Assembly: GCA_029265455.1 (NCBI GenBank) | Contig: JAJUJF010000001.1 | Coordinates: 32,040 to 96,039, forward strand | Source: Paracoccaceae bacterium | Lineage (GTDB): Bacteria > Pseudomonadota > Alphaproteobacteria > Rhodobacterales > Rhodobacteraceae | Length of the DNA: 64,000 nucleotides | Reading direction: 5' to 3' | Translations under genes and position numbers: made by a program | The notes under the pieces: generated by a model | What the model saw: the letters and a program-made list of their open reading frames with translations, nothing else | Databases searched by the model: none | Told to the model about the DNA's origin: nothing | Shown here: positions 22,950-33,301 of the stretch, piece by piece | How the letters are laid out: every line of letters begins with the position of its first letter | How positions within the stretch are numbered: position 1 is the stretch's first letter

Positions 22950-23774
22950 ATGACCGATCACTTCCATGACATCGCCAGCCGCGGTCTCGTCCTGCTCGGA
23001 TGCGGCAGGATGGGATCGGCACTTCTCGAGGGCTGGCTTTCCCGCGGCCTTCCGGCATCGGCCGTCACCGTCCTCGACCCCGTCCCGGGAACGCGACTCG
23101 AAACCCTCGCGCGCGACGGGCTCCGCCTCAATGACGCCCTCCCCGACGCCCCCGCCGCCTGCCTCCTCGCAGTCAAGCCGCAGACGATGGAGGCGGCGCT
23201 TCCTGCGGTCGCCCCACTTGCCGGCGGCGCCACGCTCTTTCTCTCCATCGCCGCCGGCACGACGCTGGCACGGCTCGAATCGGTGCTCGGTGCCGGGACA
23301 CCGATCGTGCGCGCGATGCCCAACACGCCGGCGGCGATCGGCCGCGGCATCACCGCGCTCGTCGGCAACGAGGCTGCGGAGGAGGATCACCTCGCCATGG
23401 CCGAGGCGCTCCTCGCCGCGGTGGGCGAGACCGTCCGCCTCGACTCGGAGGCAGAGATGGACGCCGTCACTGCCGTCTCCGGCTCGGGTCCCGCCTATGT
23501 CTTCCTCCTGATCGAGACCCTCGCCCGCGCAGGCGAGGCCGAGGGTCTCGCGCCCGAACTCGCGTTGCGCCTTGCGCGCGCAACCGTCGCCGGCGCAGGC
23601 GCGCTTGCGGCCGAAAGCGGTACCGATCCTGCCATCCTGCGCGAGAACGTCACCAGTCCCGGCGGCACCACCGCCGCCGCCCTCGAAGTCCTCATGGAAC
23701 CCCGGGGTTTTCCCGCTCTCCTGTGCGAGGCGGTTGCCGCCGCGTCCCGCCGCTCACGGGAGCTTGCCCGATGA
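22950..23774 (+). CDS. proC: Pyrroline-5-carboxylate reductase
   Basis: GCGRMG, AVKPQ, RAMPNTP, SGSGPAY, VTSPGGTT. Confidence 0.96.
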   Translation: MTDHFHDIASRGLVLLGCGRMGSALLEGWLSRGLPASAVTVLDPVPGTRLETLARDGLRLNDALPDAPAACLLAVKPQTMEAALPAVAPLAGGATLFLSIAAGTTLARLESVLGAGTPIVRAMPNTPAAIGRGITALVGNEAAEEDHLAMAEALLAAVGETVRLDSEAEMDAVTAVSGSGPAYVFLLIETLARAGEAEGLAPELALRLARATVAGAGALAAESGTDPAILRENVTSPGGTTAAALEVLMEPRGFPALLCEAVAAASRRSRELAR

Positions 23775-23799
23775 CGTCTTCCCTGTGCGGAGATTTTTT

Positions 23800-23850
23800 T
23801 GCTGCACTGCAACAAAACTGCTTGACGGTTATGCTGCACCGCACCATATT
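23800..23850 (+). promoter_or_regulatory. Sigma70-type promoter with two PhaR-like TGC boxes
   Basis: TTGACG(23822)-N17-CATATT; boxes TGCTGCACTGC (23800) and ATGCTGCACCGC (23831). Confidence 0.65.
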
Positions 23851-23906
23851 CGCCTCGTGCGCGGATGATCCCGCCACTCGAAGCCAGCGCAAAAGGGAGA
23901 TTCCCG

Positions 23907-24374
23907 ATGTTTGACCCCAAGACCTTCCAGTTCGATGTCGAGAAGATGACCGACTTCTTCCGGCAGAACGACTTCACCAAGCAGTTCGCCGCCTTCAAGG
24001 TGCCCGGCGTGGACACCGAGGCCCTCGTCGAGACCCAGAAGAAGAACATGGAAGCCCTCGTGAAGGCCAATCAGGCTGCCGCGGCCGGCTACCAGGATCT
24101 CTTCAAGAAGCAGATCGCGATCTTCGAGGAGACGATCGCCGAGGCGCAGAAGCACTTCCAGAATCTCGATGCGACCAAGCTCGATGCCGAGTCCGCCAAG
24201 GCTCAGGCCGAACTCGCCCGCACCGCCTTCGAGAAGGCGCTGAGCAACATGCAGATGCTCGCCGAGACCGCGCAGAAGGCCAATGCCGAGGCCTACGAGA
24301 TCGTCTCCGCCCGCATCCAGGAGAGCCTCGCCGAACTCCGCGAGATGGCGCAGAAGCTCACCTCGCGCGCCTGA
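23907..24374 (+). CDS. phaP: Phasin (TIGR01841-like)
   Basis: Ala/Gln/Glu-rich amphipathic helices, KKNMEALVKANQAAAAGYQ; PhaR-like boxes upstream. Confidence 0.85.
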   Translation: MFDPKTFQFDVEKMTDFFRQNDFTKQFAAFKVPGVDTEALVETQKKNMEALVKANQAAAAGYQDLFKKQIAIFEETIAEAQKHFQNLDATKLDAESAKAQAELARTAFEKALSNMQMLAETAQKANAEAYEIVSARIQESLAELREMAQKLTSRA

Positions 24375-24443
24375 TCGACCGAGGGGACGACCTTCCTCAT
24401 CCGGGGCCTGCCGCGACCCGTGGCAGGCCTTTTTCCTGTCTGC

Positions 24444-24941
24444 TCAGCCGAGCAGTACCTCAAGATACCGCTCGTGGACGAGGCAGAGCGGCAGGCCGTG
24501 CCGATCGCTCAGCATCGCCTCATGCTCAAGCACCGTCGCACCCTCTCCGGTGAACCGCACCCCGAGATTGCGCCGCCTTGGCCGGAGCGGCGCCACCACC
24601 TCGCCGAAAGGCACATCGCTCGTCGCCAGGGCGCGGTTGATCCCGTCCGGAAGCCGGCCGGGCACGAACCAGTTCTCGGCCCAGGCAAGCGGGACATCAC
24701 CGCGCAGGAGCTGCACCGACCGGTAGTCGAGACGTTCGCCCGGCTCGAGGGCCAGCAGCGCAATCAGGTCCGGCCCCGGCCCGGGAGGCCGCTCCACCTG
24801 CCGCTGCACCACCCGGATCGGCCCGGACGCGATCCCGCGGAACTCGCACCAGTCGAGGAGCGCCGCCGTCGCCGTCGGCCCCGCGAGGATGCGGTCGCTG
24901 AGCGCGCGCACGCAAGCCCTCACCCGGCTTCCCGCTGTCAC
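24444..24941 (-). CDS. Hypothetical protein, chorismate-lyase/UTRA-like fold
   Basis: GTG start 7 nt after AGGAGG; YRSVQL.RG...LAWAENWFVP.RL, SDVPFG, LVHERY recall UbiC/UTRA patterns. Confidence 0.65.
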   Translation of the reverse strand: MTAGSRVRACVRALSDRILAGPTATAALLDWCEFRGIASGPIRVVQRQVERPPGPGPDLIALLALEPGERLDYRSVQLLRGDVPLAWAENWFVPGRLPDGINRALATSDVPFGEVVAPLRPRRRNLGVRFTGEGATVLEHEAMLSDRHGLPLCLVHERYLEVLLG

Positions 24942-25103
24942 GGCGCATCCTCCTTCGCCCTGTCATTGCCGGCCCCGCGACGGCGCAGCCTGCCCCCGCA
25001 CCTACGGCCGTTGGGGAACACGGGCAAGCGCACCTCCGACCAATAGCCCGTTGCTCCCGCCGCCGGATGCGGGTTTCCTCGCCATTACGAACGGGAGAGG
25101 GAC

Positions 25104-25442
25104 ATGGAAGAGATCAGCTTCGACGACTTCCTCAGGGTCGACATCCGCGTTGGCCGCATTGTCGAGGCCGAGGACTTCCCCGAGGCGCGCAAACCCGCGC
25201 TGAAGCTCCGCATCGACTTCGGCCCGGAACTCGGCACCCGCCGCTCCTCGGCCCAGCTCACCCGCCACTACACTCCCGAATCGCTCATCGGCCGCCGCGT
25301 GCTCGCGGTCGTCAACTTCCCGCCCCGCCAGATCGGCCCCGTCCGCTCCGAGGTCCTCGTCCTCGGCGTCCCGGATGCCGAGGGCGAGGTCGTTCTCGTC
25401 ACCCCCGATCAGGACGTGCCGCTCGGCGGCCGTCTCTTCTGA
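25104..25442 (+). CDS. csaA: tRNA-binding protein / chaperone CsaA
   Basis: DIRVGRI...FPEARKPA...SSAQLT...VVNFPPRQIGP..SEVL. Confidence 0.93.
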   Translation: MEEISFDDFLRVDIRVGRIVEAEDFPEARKPALKLRIDFGPELGTRRSSAQLTRHYTPESLIGRRVLAVVNFPPRQIGPVRSEVLVLGVPDAEGEVVLVTPDQDVPLGGRLF

Positions 25443-25460
25443 CCCCGAGAGGCCCGCGTC

Positions 25461-26423
<963 letters not shown>

Positions 26424-26498
26424 GCGGGATACTCCCAACCACCCGAACCGGGCGCGAGGCGCATCACCGGCCGTCCGGAGACGCGCGACCGGCGCCGT

Positions 26499-27008
26499 TC
26501 ACACCGTCGCGGCGGGCTCGGGTTCCGATGCGATGTCGACGCCGGCGCTCGCGGCGATGGCGAGAATCGTCGCAATTGACGGCTCGCCCCCGCGCCCGGC
26601 GGCGTCCATCTGCCTGAACATCGCCTCGATCCCGGCGCCGGGCAGGCAGAACACCAGCAGTCGCGCCTCCTCCGCGCCCTCGTTGCGAAATGCATGCCGC
26701 AGGCCGCGCGGCCCGAAGAAGAACCCACCCGGGCCGAGGCATTGCGGCCCTTCAAGCCCGGCGCAGTCGATGACGATCTTCCCCGCCAGCACATGGAATG
26801 CCTCGTCCTCATGCGTGTGGGTGTGGGGCGGCACGCCGCGACCCGGCGGCACGCTCACCTCGATACAGCAGAAACTTCCGGCGGTCTCGGCGCTCGTGGC
26901 CTTGAACACATAGCGCGCGCCCAGGATTTCGAGCCGCGAACCCTCGTCCGCATGGCGGAGCACGGCCGCCGCCGCGGGCGCCTCTCCCGGATTCCGCATC
27001 ACGTCCAT
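26499..27008 (-). CDS. Cupin domain protein (quercetinase-like)
   Basis: PPHTHTHEDEAFHVLAG and GPRGLRHAFRN cupin motifs; start 27008 or 26999. Confidence 0.85.
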   Translation of the reverse strand: MDVMRNPGEAPAAAAVLRHADEGSRLEILGARYVFKATSAETAGSFCCIEVSVPPGRGVPPHTHTHEDEAFHVLAGKIVIDCAGLEGPQCLGPGGFFFGPRGLRHAFRNEGAEEARLLVFCLPGAGIEAMFRQMDAAGRGGEPSIATILAIAASAGVDIASEPEPAATV

Positions 27009-27093
27009 CGTCGCATCCTCCCGACCCGGCTGAACGGGGAAATCCTAGATCCGGCAGGCGCCATCGATTAGTCTGCCCGGGCGCGACGCCGCT

Positions 27094-27107
27094 TCCTGAA
27101 ATCAGGA
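27094..27107. promoter_or_regulatory. Inverted repeat between divergent cupin and LysR genes (probable LTTR site)
   Basis: TCCTGA-AA-TCAGGA. Confidence 0.5.
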
Positions 27108-27116
27108 CAATCACCG

Positions 27117-28052
27117 TTGGACCGGCTGGACGGGATCACCGCTTTCGCGCAGGTCGTGGAGGCCGGCAGCTTCACCGCTGCTGCGCAGCGCATGAAACTC
27201 TCGAAATCGGCGGTCAGCGCCCATGTGCAGCGACTCGAGGACCGGCTCGGGGTGCAGCTCCTGCACAGGACGACCCGGCGCCTCGCCACCACGGAAGCGG
27301 GTACCGCCTATTACCGGCACTGCGTACGTATCCTCGCCGAGGCCGCCGCCGCCGAACAGGCCGCGATGGCGCTCCATCTCGAACCCCGCGGCACGCTGAG
27401 GATCAGCGCCCCCGACAGCTTCGGGTGGATGCACGTGGCCCCTGCAATCGCCACGTTCCGCGCCCGCTTTCCCGATGTCACCATCGATCTCCGGCTCGAG
27501 GAGCGGCATGTCGACCTAGTCAGGGAGGAGGTCGACCTTGCCATCCGCATCGGGGCGATGCCCGACTCCGCGCTGATCGTGCGGACCCTTGCGCGATCGC
27601 GCATGGTGATCTGCGCAGCCCCGGCCTATCTCGCCCGCCACGGCACGCCCTCGACGCCCGAAGCGCTCGAAACACACGGCTGCCTCTGCTTCCCGCCGCT
27701 GTGGCGGAGCGGCCGATGGCATCTCGACGGTCCCGACGGGGAGCGGCGCGTGCCGGTCTCGGCCAACGTCGCCAGCAACAGTGCCGAAGTGCTACGCGCC
27801 ACCGCGCTTGATGGCGTCGGGATCGCCCTGCTGCCCTGCTGGCTGATCGCCGGCGACCTGCGAAGCGGCGCGCTTGTGCCCATCCTCCCCAGATGGACGC
27901 CGGGTGCTCCCGACATCCACGCCGTCTATCCCGACGACCGCCGCAGATCGGCGAAGGTGCGCGAATTCGTCGATCACCTCGCGCGGCGGATCGGACGCAT
28001 CCCGTACTGGGAGCGGGAAATGACCGCCGGGCCACCCCCGGCACCCGGCTGA
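27117..28052 (+). CDS. LysR family regulator (DmlR/CrgA-like)
   Basis: GSFTAAA...SKSAVS...LEDRLGVQLLHRTTR; TTG start. Confidence 0.93.
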   Translation: MDRLDGITAFAQVVEAGSFTAAAQRMKLSKSAVSAHVQRLEDRLGVQLLHRTTRRLATTEAGTAYYRHCVRILAEAAAAEQAAMALHLEPRGTLRISAPDSFGWMHVAPAIATFRARFPDVTIDLRLEERHVDLVREEVDLAIRIGAMPDSALIVRTLARSRMVICAAPAYLARHGTPSTPEALETHGCLCFPPLWRSGRWHLDGPDGERRVPVSANVASNSAEVLRATALDGVGIALLPCWLIAGDLRSGALVPILPRWTPGAPDIHAVYPDDRRRSAKVREFVDHLARRIGRIPYWEREMTAGPPPAPG

Positions 28053-28299
28053 CACACGAACCGGACTCCGCGATCCGGTTGGCCCGTATGCCGGGAGCGG
28101 GTGCCCAGGTCCCATGCAGGCGGGAGCGACACCGGCCATCGCTCCCTGCGCAAACCGTCCCCTTGCACGCGGTTCCGGATCAACGACTTGTGGGGATTTC
28201 AAGCCTGGCGCTTCCTCCGCGCGGCGGATCCTCGGTCGCTCGACACCCTTTCCCCGATCGCCTAGGACGGGATGGAGCAGCAGCCTTCGGAGAGAACCG

Positions 28300-30120
28300 A
28301 TGCACCCAGAACCCCGCTTCGACGCCCGCGATGCCGCCCGCGACGGAGAGGAGCTCGGACCGCTCCCCGAATGGGATCTCTCCGCCCTCTACGCGGGCCC
28401 CGACGACCCGGCGCTTGCCCGCGACATGGATCAGGTGGCGGCAGAAGCCGCCGCATTCGCCGAACGCTACGAGGGCAAGCTCGCCGATCTCGATGCCGCC
28501 GGCTTCCTTGAATGCATCCGAGCCTACGAGGCAATCCAGAACCGCTCCGGCCGGGTCATGTCCTATGTCGGGCTGCGGCATTACCAGAACACCCTCGATC
28601 CCGCCCGCGCCAAGGCCTACGGCGACGCCGATACCCGCATCACCGAAGCGACGACGCCGCTCGTCTTCTTCACGCTCGAGCTCAACCGCCTCGAGGACGC
28701 CCATCTCGAAGGGCTGCTTGCCGCCGATCCCGAACTCGCCCGCTACCGCCCGGTCCTTGCCCGCATCCGGGCAATGAAACCCTACCAGCTCTCCGACGAG
28801 CTCGAGCGTTTCCTCCACGATCAGTCCGTCGTCGGCGCCGCCGCCTGGAACCGCCTCTTCGACGAGACGATGGCCGGGCTCACCTTCACGGTCGATGGCG
28901 AGAGCCTGAATCTCGAATCGACGCTCAACCTCCTCACCGACCACGATCGCAGCCGCCGCGAAGCCGGCGCCCGGGCACTGGCCGCCGTCTTCACCGAGCG
29001 CCTGCCCCTCTTCGCGCGCATCACCAACACGCTCGTCAAGGAAAAGGAGATCGTCGACCGCTGGCGGAAGCTCCCCACGCCGCAGATGGCGCGGCATCTT
29101 TCCAATGATGTCGAGCCCGAGGTGGTCGAGGCGCTCCGCAACGCCGTGGTCGCCGCCTATCCCCGGCTCTCCCACCGCTACTACGCGCTCAAGGCCCGCT
29201 GGCTCGGCCTCGACAAGCTCGAGATCTGGGACCGCAACGCGCCACTGCCGCAGGAGACCGACCGTCGCATCCCTTGGGAGGAGGCCCGCGAAACCGTCCT
29301 CGAGGCCTATGCCGGATTCGATCCCCGCATGGCCGAGATCGCCCGCCCCTTCTTCGACAAGGGCTGGATCGACGCGCCGGTGAAACCCGGCAAGGCCCCG
29401 GGTGCCTTCGCTCATCCGACCGTCACCGACGCCCATCCCTTCGTGCTGCTCAACTATCTCGGCAAGACCCGGGACGTGATGACGCTCGCCCATGAACTCG
29501 GCCACGGCGTGCACCAGGTCCTCGCCGCGCCGCAAGGCGAGCTTCTCTCCTCCACCCCGCTGACGCTGGCCGAGACGGCTTCCGTCTTCGGCGAGATGCT
29601 CACCTTCCGCCGCCTTCTCGATCAGGCGCCGACGCCCGAGCAGCGGCGCATCCTCCTCGCCTCCAAGGTCGAGGACATGATCAACACCGTCGTCCGCCAG
29701 ATCGCCTTCTACGATTTCGAATGCCGCCTCCATGAGGCCCGGCGTGCAGGCGAACTGACGCCCGACGACATCAACGCGATCTGGATGTCGGTCCAGGCCG
29801 AATCCCTCGGGCCGGTCTTCAACTTCATGCCGGGATACGAGACCTTCTGGACCTACATCCCGCATTTCATCCACTCGCCCTTCTACGTCTATGCCTATGC
29901 CTTCGGCGACGGGCTCGTGAACGCGCTCTACGCGGTCTATGAGGAGGGCGACCCCGATTTCGCCGACAAGTATTTCGCCATGCTGCGTGCGGGCGGCTCT
30001 CTCCACCACAAGGAGTTGCTCGCGCCCTTCGGCCTCGACGCGAGCGATCCCGCCTTCTGGGACAAGGGCCTTGCCCTCATCTCCCGCTTCATCGACGAAC
30101 TCGAGGCGGCCGGAACCTGA
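28300..30120 (+). CDS. pepF: M3 family oligoendopeptidase (PepF/M3B)
   Basis: LAHELGHGVH, LAETASVFGE, HFIHSPFYVYAY. Confidence 0.94.
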   Translation: MHPEPRFDARDAARDGEELGPLPEWDLSALYAGPDDPALARDMDQVAAEAAAFAERYEGKLADLDAAGFLECIRAYEAIQNRSGRVMSYVGLRHYQNTLDPARAKAYGDADTRITEATTPLVFFTLELNRLEDAHLEGLLAADPELARYRPVLARIRAMKPYQLSDELERFLHDQSVVGAAAWNRLFDETMAGLTFTVDGESLNLESTLNLLTDHDRSRREAGARALAAVFTERLPLFARITNTLVKEKEIVDRWRKLPTPQMARHLSNDVEPEVVEALRNAVVAAYPRLSHRYYALKARWLGLDKLEIWDRNAPLPQETDRRIPWEEARETVLEAYAGFDPRMAEIARPFFDKGWIDAPVKPGKAPGAFAHPTVTDAHPFVLLNYLGKTRDVMTLAHELGHGVHQVLAAPQGELLSSTPLTLAETASVFGEMLTFRRLLDQAPTPEQRRILLASKVEDMINTVVRQIAFYDFECRLHEARRAGELTPDDINAIWMSVQAESLGPVFNFMPGYETFWTYIPHFIHSPFYVYAYAFGDGLVNALYAVYEEGDPDFADKYFAMLRAGGSLHHKELLAPFGLDASDPAFWDKGLALISRFIDELEAAGT

Positions 30121-30169
30121 TCACGGGACCGGACCCGGCGCGACGTGGCGCCCGGAACGTCGCCCGGAC

Positions 30170-30877
30170 TCAGCCGCGCCCCGCGAGCAGCGACTCGACG
30201 AATGCCGGCACCACCTCACCTGCCGGTCCGTAACGCCGCTCGTCGAAGGCCCAGGCATTGTCGGAAGGCTCGAGATTGAGCTCGGCCGTCCGCACTCCCG
30301 CCTCCCGGGCGATGTCCACGAATCCCGCCGCCGGATAGACCGAGCCCGAGGTACCGATCGACACGAAGAGATCGCTCGTCTCGATCGCCATCGCTGCCTC
30401 GTCGAGACCGACCGGCATCTCGCCGAACCAGACCACGTCCGGGCGCATCCCGCCCCGCCGCCCGCATCCCGGGCAGGCGGTCGCCACGTCGAGTTCCCCC
30501 CGCCACTCCACGACCGCCCCGCAACCGGTGCAGCGCGCCTTCAGGAGTTCGCCATGCATGTGATGCACCACGCGCGAGCCCGCCCGCTCGTGCAGGTCGT
30601 CGATATTCTGCGTGCAGAGGTAGAGGCTCCCGCCCGAAGCCGTGAGGGCCGCCTCGAGCCGCGCAAGCGCGCGATGTCCCTCATTCGGCTCGGCGGCAAG
30701 GAGATCCCGCCGCCGCAGGTTGTAGAAGGCATGCACCTGCTCCGGATCGGAGGCGAAGGCCTCGGGTGTCGCGAGTTTCATCGGGTCGAACCGCTCCCAG
30801 ATGCCGCCCGGATCGCGGAACGTCCCGAGCCCGCTCTCCGCCGAGATCCCCGCTCCCGTCAGCACGAATACCCTCAC
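30170..30877 (-). CDS. cobB: NAD-dependent protein deacylase (Sir2/CobB)
   Basis: GAGISAESG, TQNID, two CxxC, RPDVVWFGE, GTSGSVYPAA; GTG start after AGGAGG. Confidence 0.92.
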   Translation of the reverse strand: MRVFVLTGAGISAESGLGTFRDPGGIWERFDPMKLATPEAFASDPEQVHAFYNLRRRDLLAAEPNEGHRALARLEAALTASGGSLYLCTQNIDDLHERAGSRVVHHMHGELLKARCTGCGAVVEWRGELDVATACPGCGRRGGMRPDVVWFGEMPVGLDEAAMAIETSDLFVSIGTSGSVYPAAGFVDIAREAGVRTAELNLEPSDNAWAFDERRYGPAGEVVPAFVESLLAGRG

Positions 30878-31003
30878 GCCGGCCTCCTGCTCTTGCCGCG
30901 AGCCTTGACGCTCGTGCGGCGAGGCGTCAACCATGGCGGCACCGAACCGGGCGGGCATCCCGTCCCGCCGCTTCATCGCCTCCTGACCCGAGGACCTCCG
31001 CAT

Positions 31004-32389
31004 ATGGCTCGGCTCGTCATCGCCTCCAACCGCACCGCCGCCCCCGGCGAGTCCACGGCCGGCGGCCTTGCTGTCGCACTCCGGGAAGCCCTCACCGAAC
31101 GCGGCGGCGGCCTCTGGTTCGGCTGGTCGGGCGAAACCCACGACAGCGAGAGCCGCGGCGTCCGCCTCATCTCCGAGGGCAACATCGACTACGCCCTCGC
31201 GGATCTGAGCGAACGGGAATACGAGGGTTATTACCTCGGCTACGCCAACCGCTCGCTGTGGCCGGTCTGCCATTACCGCATAGATCTCGCGCGTTTCGAC
31301 GACGAGGCCTTCGAGACCTATGCCCAGGTCAACCGCCGCTTCGGCGGCCTCATCCACGGCCTGCTCAGGCCAGGCGACCGGGTCTGGGTGCATGACTACC
31401 ACTTCTTCCTCCTCGGCCAGGAACTGCGAAATGCCGGCTGGCGCGGGCGGATCGGCTTCTTCCACCATATCCCCTTTCCGGCGCCCGAGGTCTTCACCGC
31501 CCTGCCCCAGCACCATCGCCTCGCGCGCGGCCTTGCGGATTTCGACCTCCTCGGCTTCCAGACCCAGCGCGACACCCGCAACTTCACCCGCTACATGGTC
31601 GAGCACCACGGCGCGCATCACCTCGGCGACGGGCGGCTCGCCGTCTTCGACCGCACGATCGAGGCCCGGGCCTTCCCGATCGGCATCGATCCCGCCGAGA
31701 TCGTCGCCTTCGCCACTTCCGAGAGCGGCCGCAATGACGCCGACCGCCTTTCCCGGATGCTTGCGGATCGCGCTCTCGTCCTCGGCGTCGACCGCATGGA
31801 CTATTCAAAGGGCCTTCTGCAGCGCATCCAGGCCTTCGGCAGCCTCCTCGACGAACACCAGGATCTGCGCGGCCATGTCACCTTCGTCCAGATCGCGCCG
31901 CCCTCGCGCGAGGGGCTGTATGCCTACCAGGAACTGCGCGAGGAACTCGACCGGCTCTCGGGCCGGATCAACTCCAACTATTCCGATCTCGACTGGACCC
32001 CGATCCGCTATCTTGCCCGGGGCTATCCGCGCGAAACCCTCGCCGGGCTCTATCGCAAGGCGCGGGTCGGACTGGTCACGCCGCTCTACGACGGCATGAA
32101 TCTCGTCGCCAAGGAATATGTGGCGGCACAGGATCCGGAGGATCCGGGCGTGCTCGTGCTTTCGGAATTCGCCGGCGCCGCCGAACAGCTTTCCGCCGCC
32201 CTCATCGTCAACCCCTACGACATCCCGACGATGGCCGAGGCGATCCACCGCGGCCTCACGATGCCGCTCGAGGAACGGCGCGAACGATGGCAGGAGCTCA
32301 ACAGGGCCGTCACCGAAAATGACATCGCCCGCTGGCGGCGCGACTTCCTCGCCGCCCTCGACGCCCATCCCGGTTCCGAGGACGACTGA
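31004..32389 (+). CDS. otsA: Alpha,alpha-trehalose-phosphate synthase
   Basis: SNR, WVHDYH, FFHHIPFP, GVDRMDYSKG, DGMNLVAKEY. Confidence 0.96.
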   Translation: MARLVIASNRTAAPGESTAGGLAVALREALTERGGGLWFGWSGETHDSESRGVRLISEGNIDYALADLSEREYEGYYLGYANRSLWPVCHYRIDLARFDDEAFETYAQVNRRFGGLIHGLLRPGDRVWVHDYHFFLLGQELRNAGWRGRIGFFHHIPFPAPEVFTALPQHHRLARGLADFDLLGFQTQRDTRNFTRYMVEHHGAHHLGDGRLAVFDRTIEARAFPIGIDPAEIVAFATSESGRNDADRLSRMLADRALVLGVDRMDYSKGLLQRIQAFGSLLDEHQDLRGHVTFVQIAPPSREGLYAYQELREELDRLSGRINSNYSDLDWTPIRYLARGYPRETLAGLYRKARVGLVTPLYDGMNLVAKEYVAAQDPEDPGVLVLSEFAGAAEQLSAALIVNPYDIPTMAEAIHRGLTMPLEERRERWQELNRAVTENDIARWRRDFLAALDAHPGSEDD

Positions 32390-32530
32390 CCGTCGCGGAC
32401 ATCCGGCGACGACTGCATACCGGCCGCCGGCGACCTGCGCAGGGGAAGCTCCACGTCCGCCCCTCGATACACATCGGCGCCATCCGGAGGGACAAGAGCG
32501 CCGCACCGGTCGACGGCACCCGCTCCAGCC

Positions 32531-32590
32531 GCTCGCTTCCGGCCGGACGGCCGGGAGCGAGCCAGAGACCACGGCCCCGCAACGGGGCCT
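32531..32590. terminator. Tandem GC hairpins between convergent otsA and hspQ
   Basis: 14-bp stem 32531-32562 (one G-U) and 7-bp stem GGCCCCG/CGGGGCC 32574-32590. Confidence 0.5.
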
Positions 32591-32623
32591 CTGCATGGCA
32601 GCGGCCGGCTCGCGGGCCCATGG

Positions 32624-32695
32624 CGTTAACCTTGGGGCAATCTTTGATTATGCTTGAAAATCAAGCACCTGGACGGGTTTTCACGCGTGGGCGCC
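32624..32695. repeat. 72-bp dispersed element, copy 2
   Basis: Ungapped 52/72 identity to 3166..3237; ends 2 nt from the hspQ stop codon. Confidence 0.85.
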
Positions 32696-32697
32696 CC

Positions 32698-33027
32698 TCA
32701 GTGGAGGTGGCCTCCGATATCGTAACGCCCCTCGTCCTTGAAGTCGCCGAACATCTCCGCCACGTCGGGATGATCCACCGGCTCGCCGGAATCGTCCCGC
32801 TCGAGATTCTGTTCGGATACGTAGGCGACGTAGTACGAGGTCTCGTTCTCCGCGAGGAGGTGATAGAACGGCTGATCCTTCGGCGGCCGGTTCTCCTCCG
32901 GGATGGACAGCCACCATTCCTCGGTATTGCTGAAGGTGGGATCCACGTCGAAGATCACTCCACGGAACGGATGAACCCGGTGGCGCACAACCTCGCCGAG
33001 CGCGAACTTGGCCTTGCTCTTCATCAT
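32698..33027 (-). CDS. hspQ: Heat shock protein HspQ
   Basis: AKFALGEVVRHR...RGVIFDVDP...QPFYHLLAEN...YVSEQNL. Confidence 0.94.
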   Translation of the reverse strand: MMKSKAKFALGEVVRHRVHPFRGVIFDVDPTFSNTEEWWLSIPEENRPPKDQPFYHLLAENETSYYVAYVSEQNLERDDSGEPVDHPDVAEMFGDFKDEGRYDIGGHLH

Positions 33028-33301
33028 GGCAGTGGTGCCTGGAGAACGTCTCATCATGAGGCAGCATATAGGCCGCCTGGGTACCTGTCCACAAGTCGGG
33101 AAAGCCACAATACATCTAGGTAAACCGGACGCAACCCCGGGGAGGCTTCGTCATCCGCCCTTCGGGCACGTGCGAACCGGCTGCCCGCGCGCGAGCTTCC
33201 GCTTGCCAGGGAGCGGGAATCTTTGGCAGACTGCCCCCCGCAGCGTCGGCCAACAGGCGCAACCGGCAGAGTGAACGGGCAGAGACAGTGGGCGGAACAT
33301 C

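Noticed and set aside
28179-28190. IHF-like ATCAACGACTTG upstream of pepF
   Set aside because: Lacks the 5' W and an AT tract; isolated and plausibly chance
30170-30877. Sir2 protein as an anti-phage NADase (Thoeris/DSR-like)
   Set aside because: It has the complete housekeeping CobB motif set with a Zn module and no defence partners nearby
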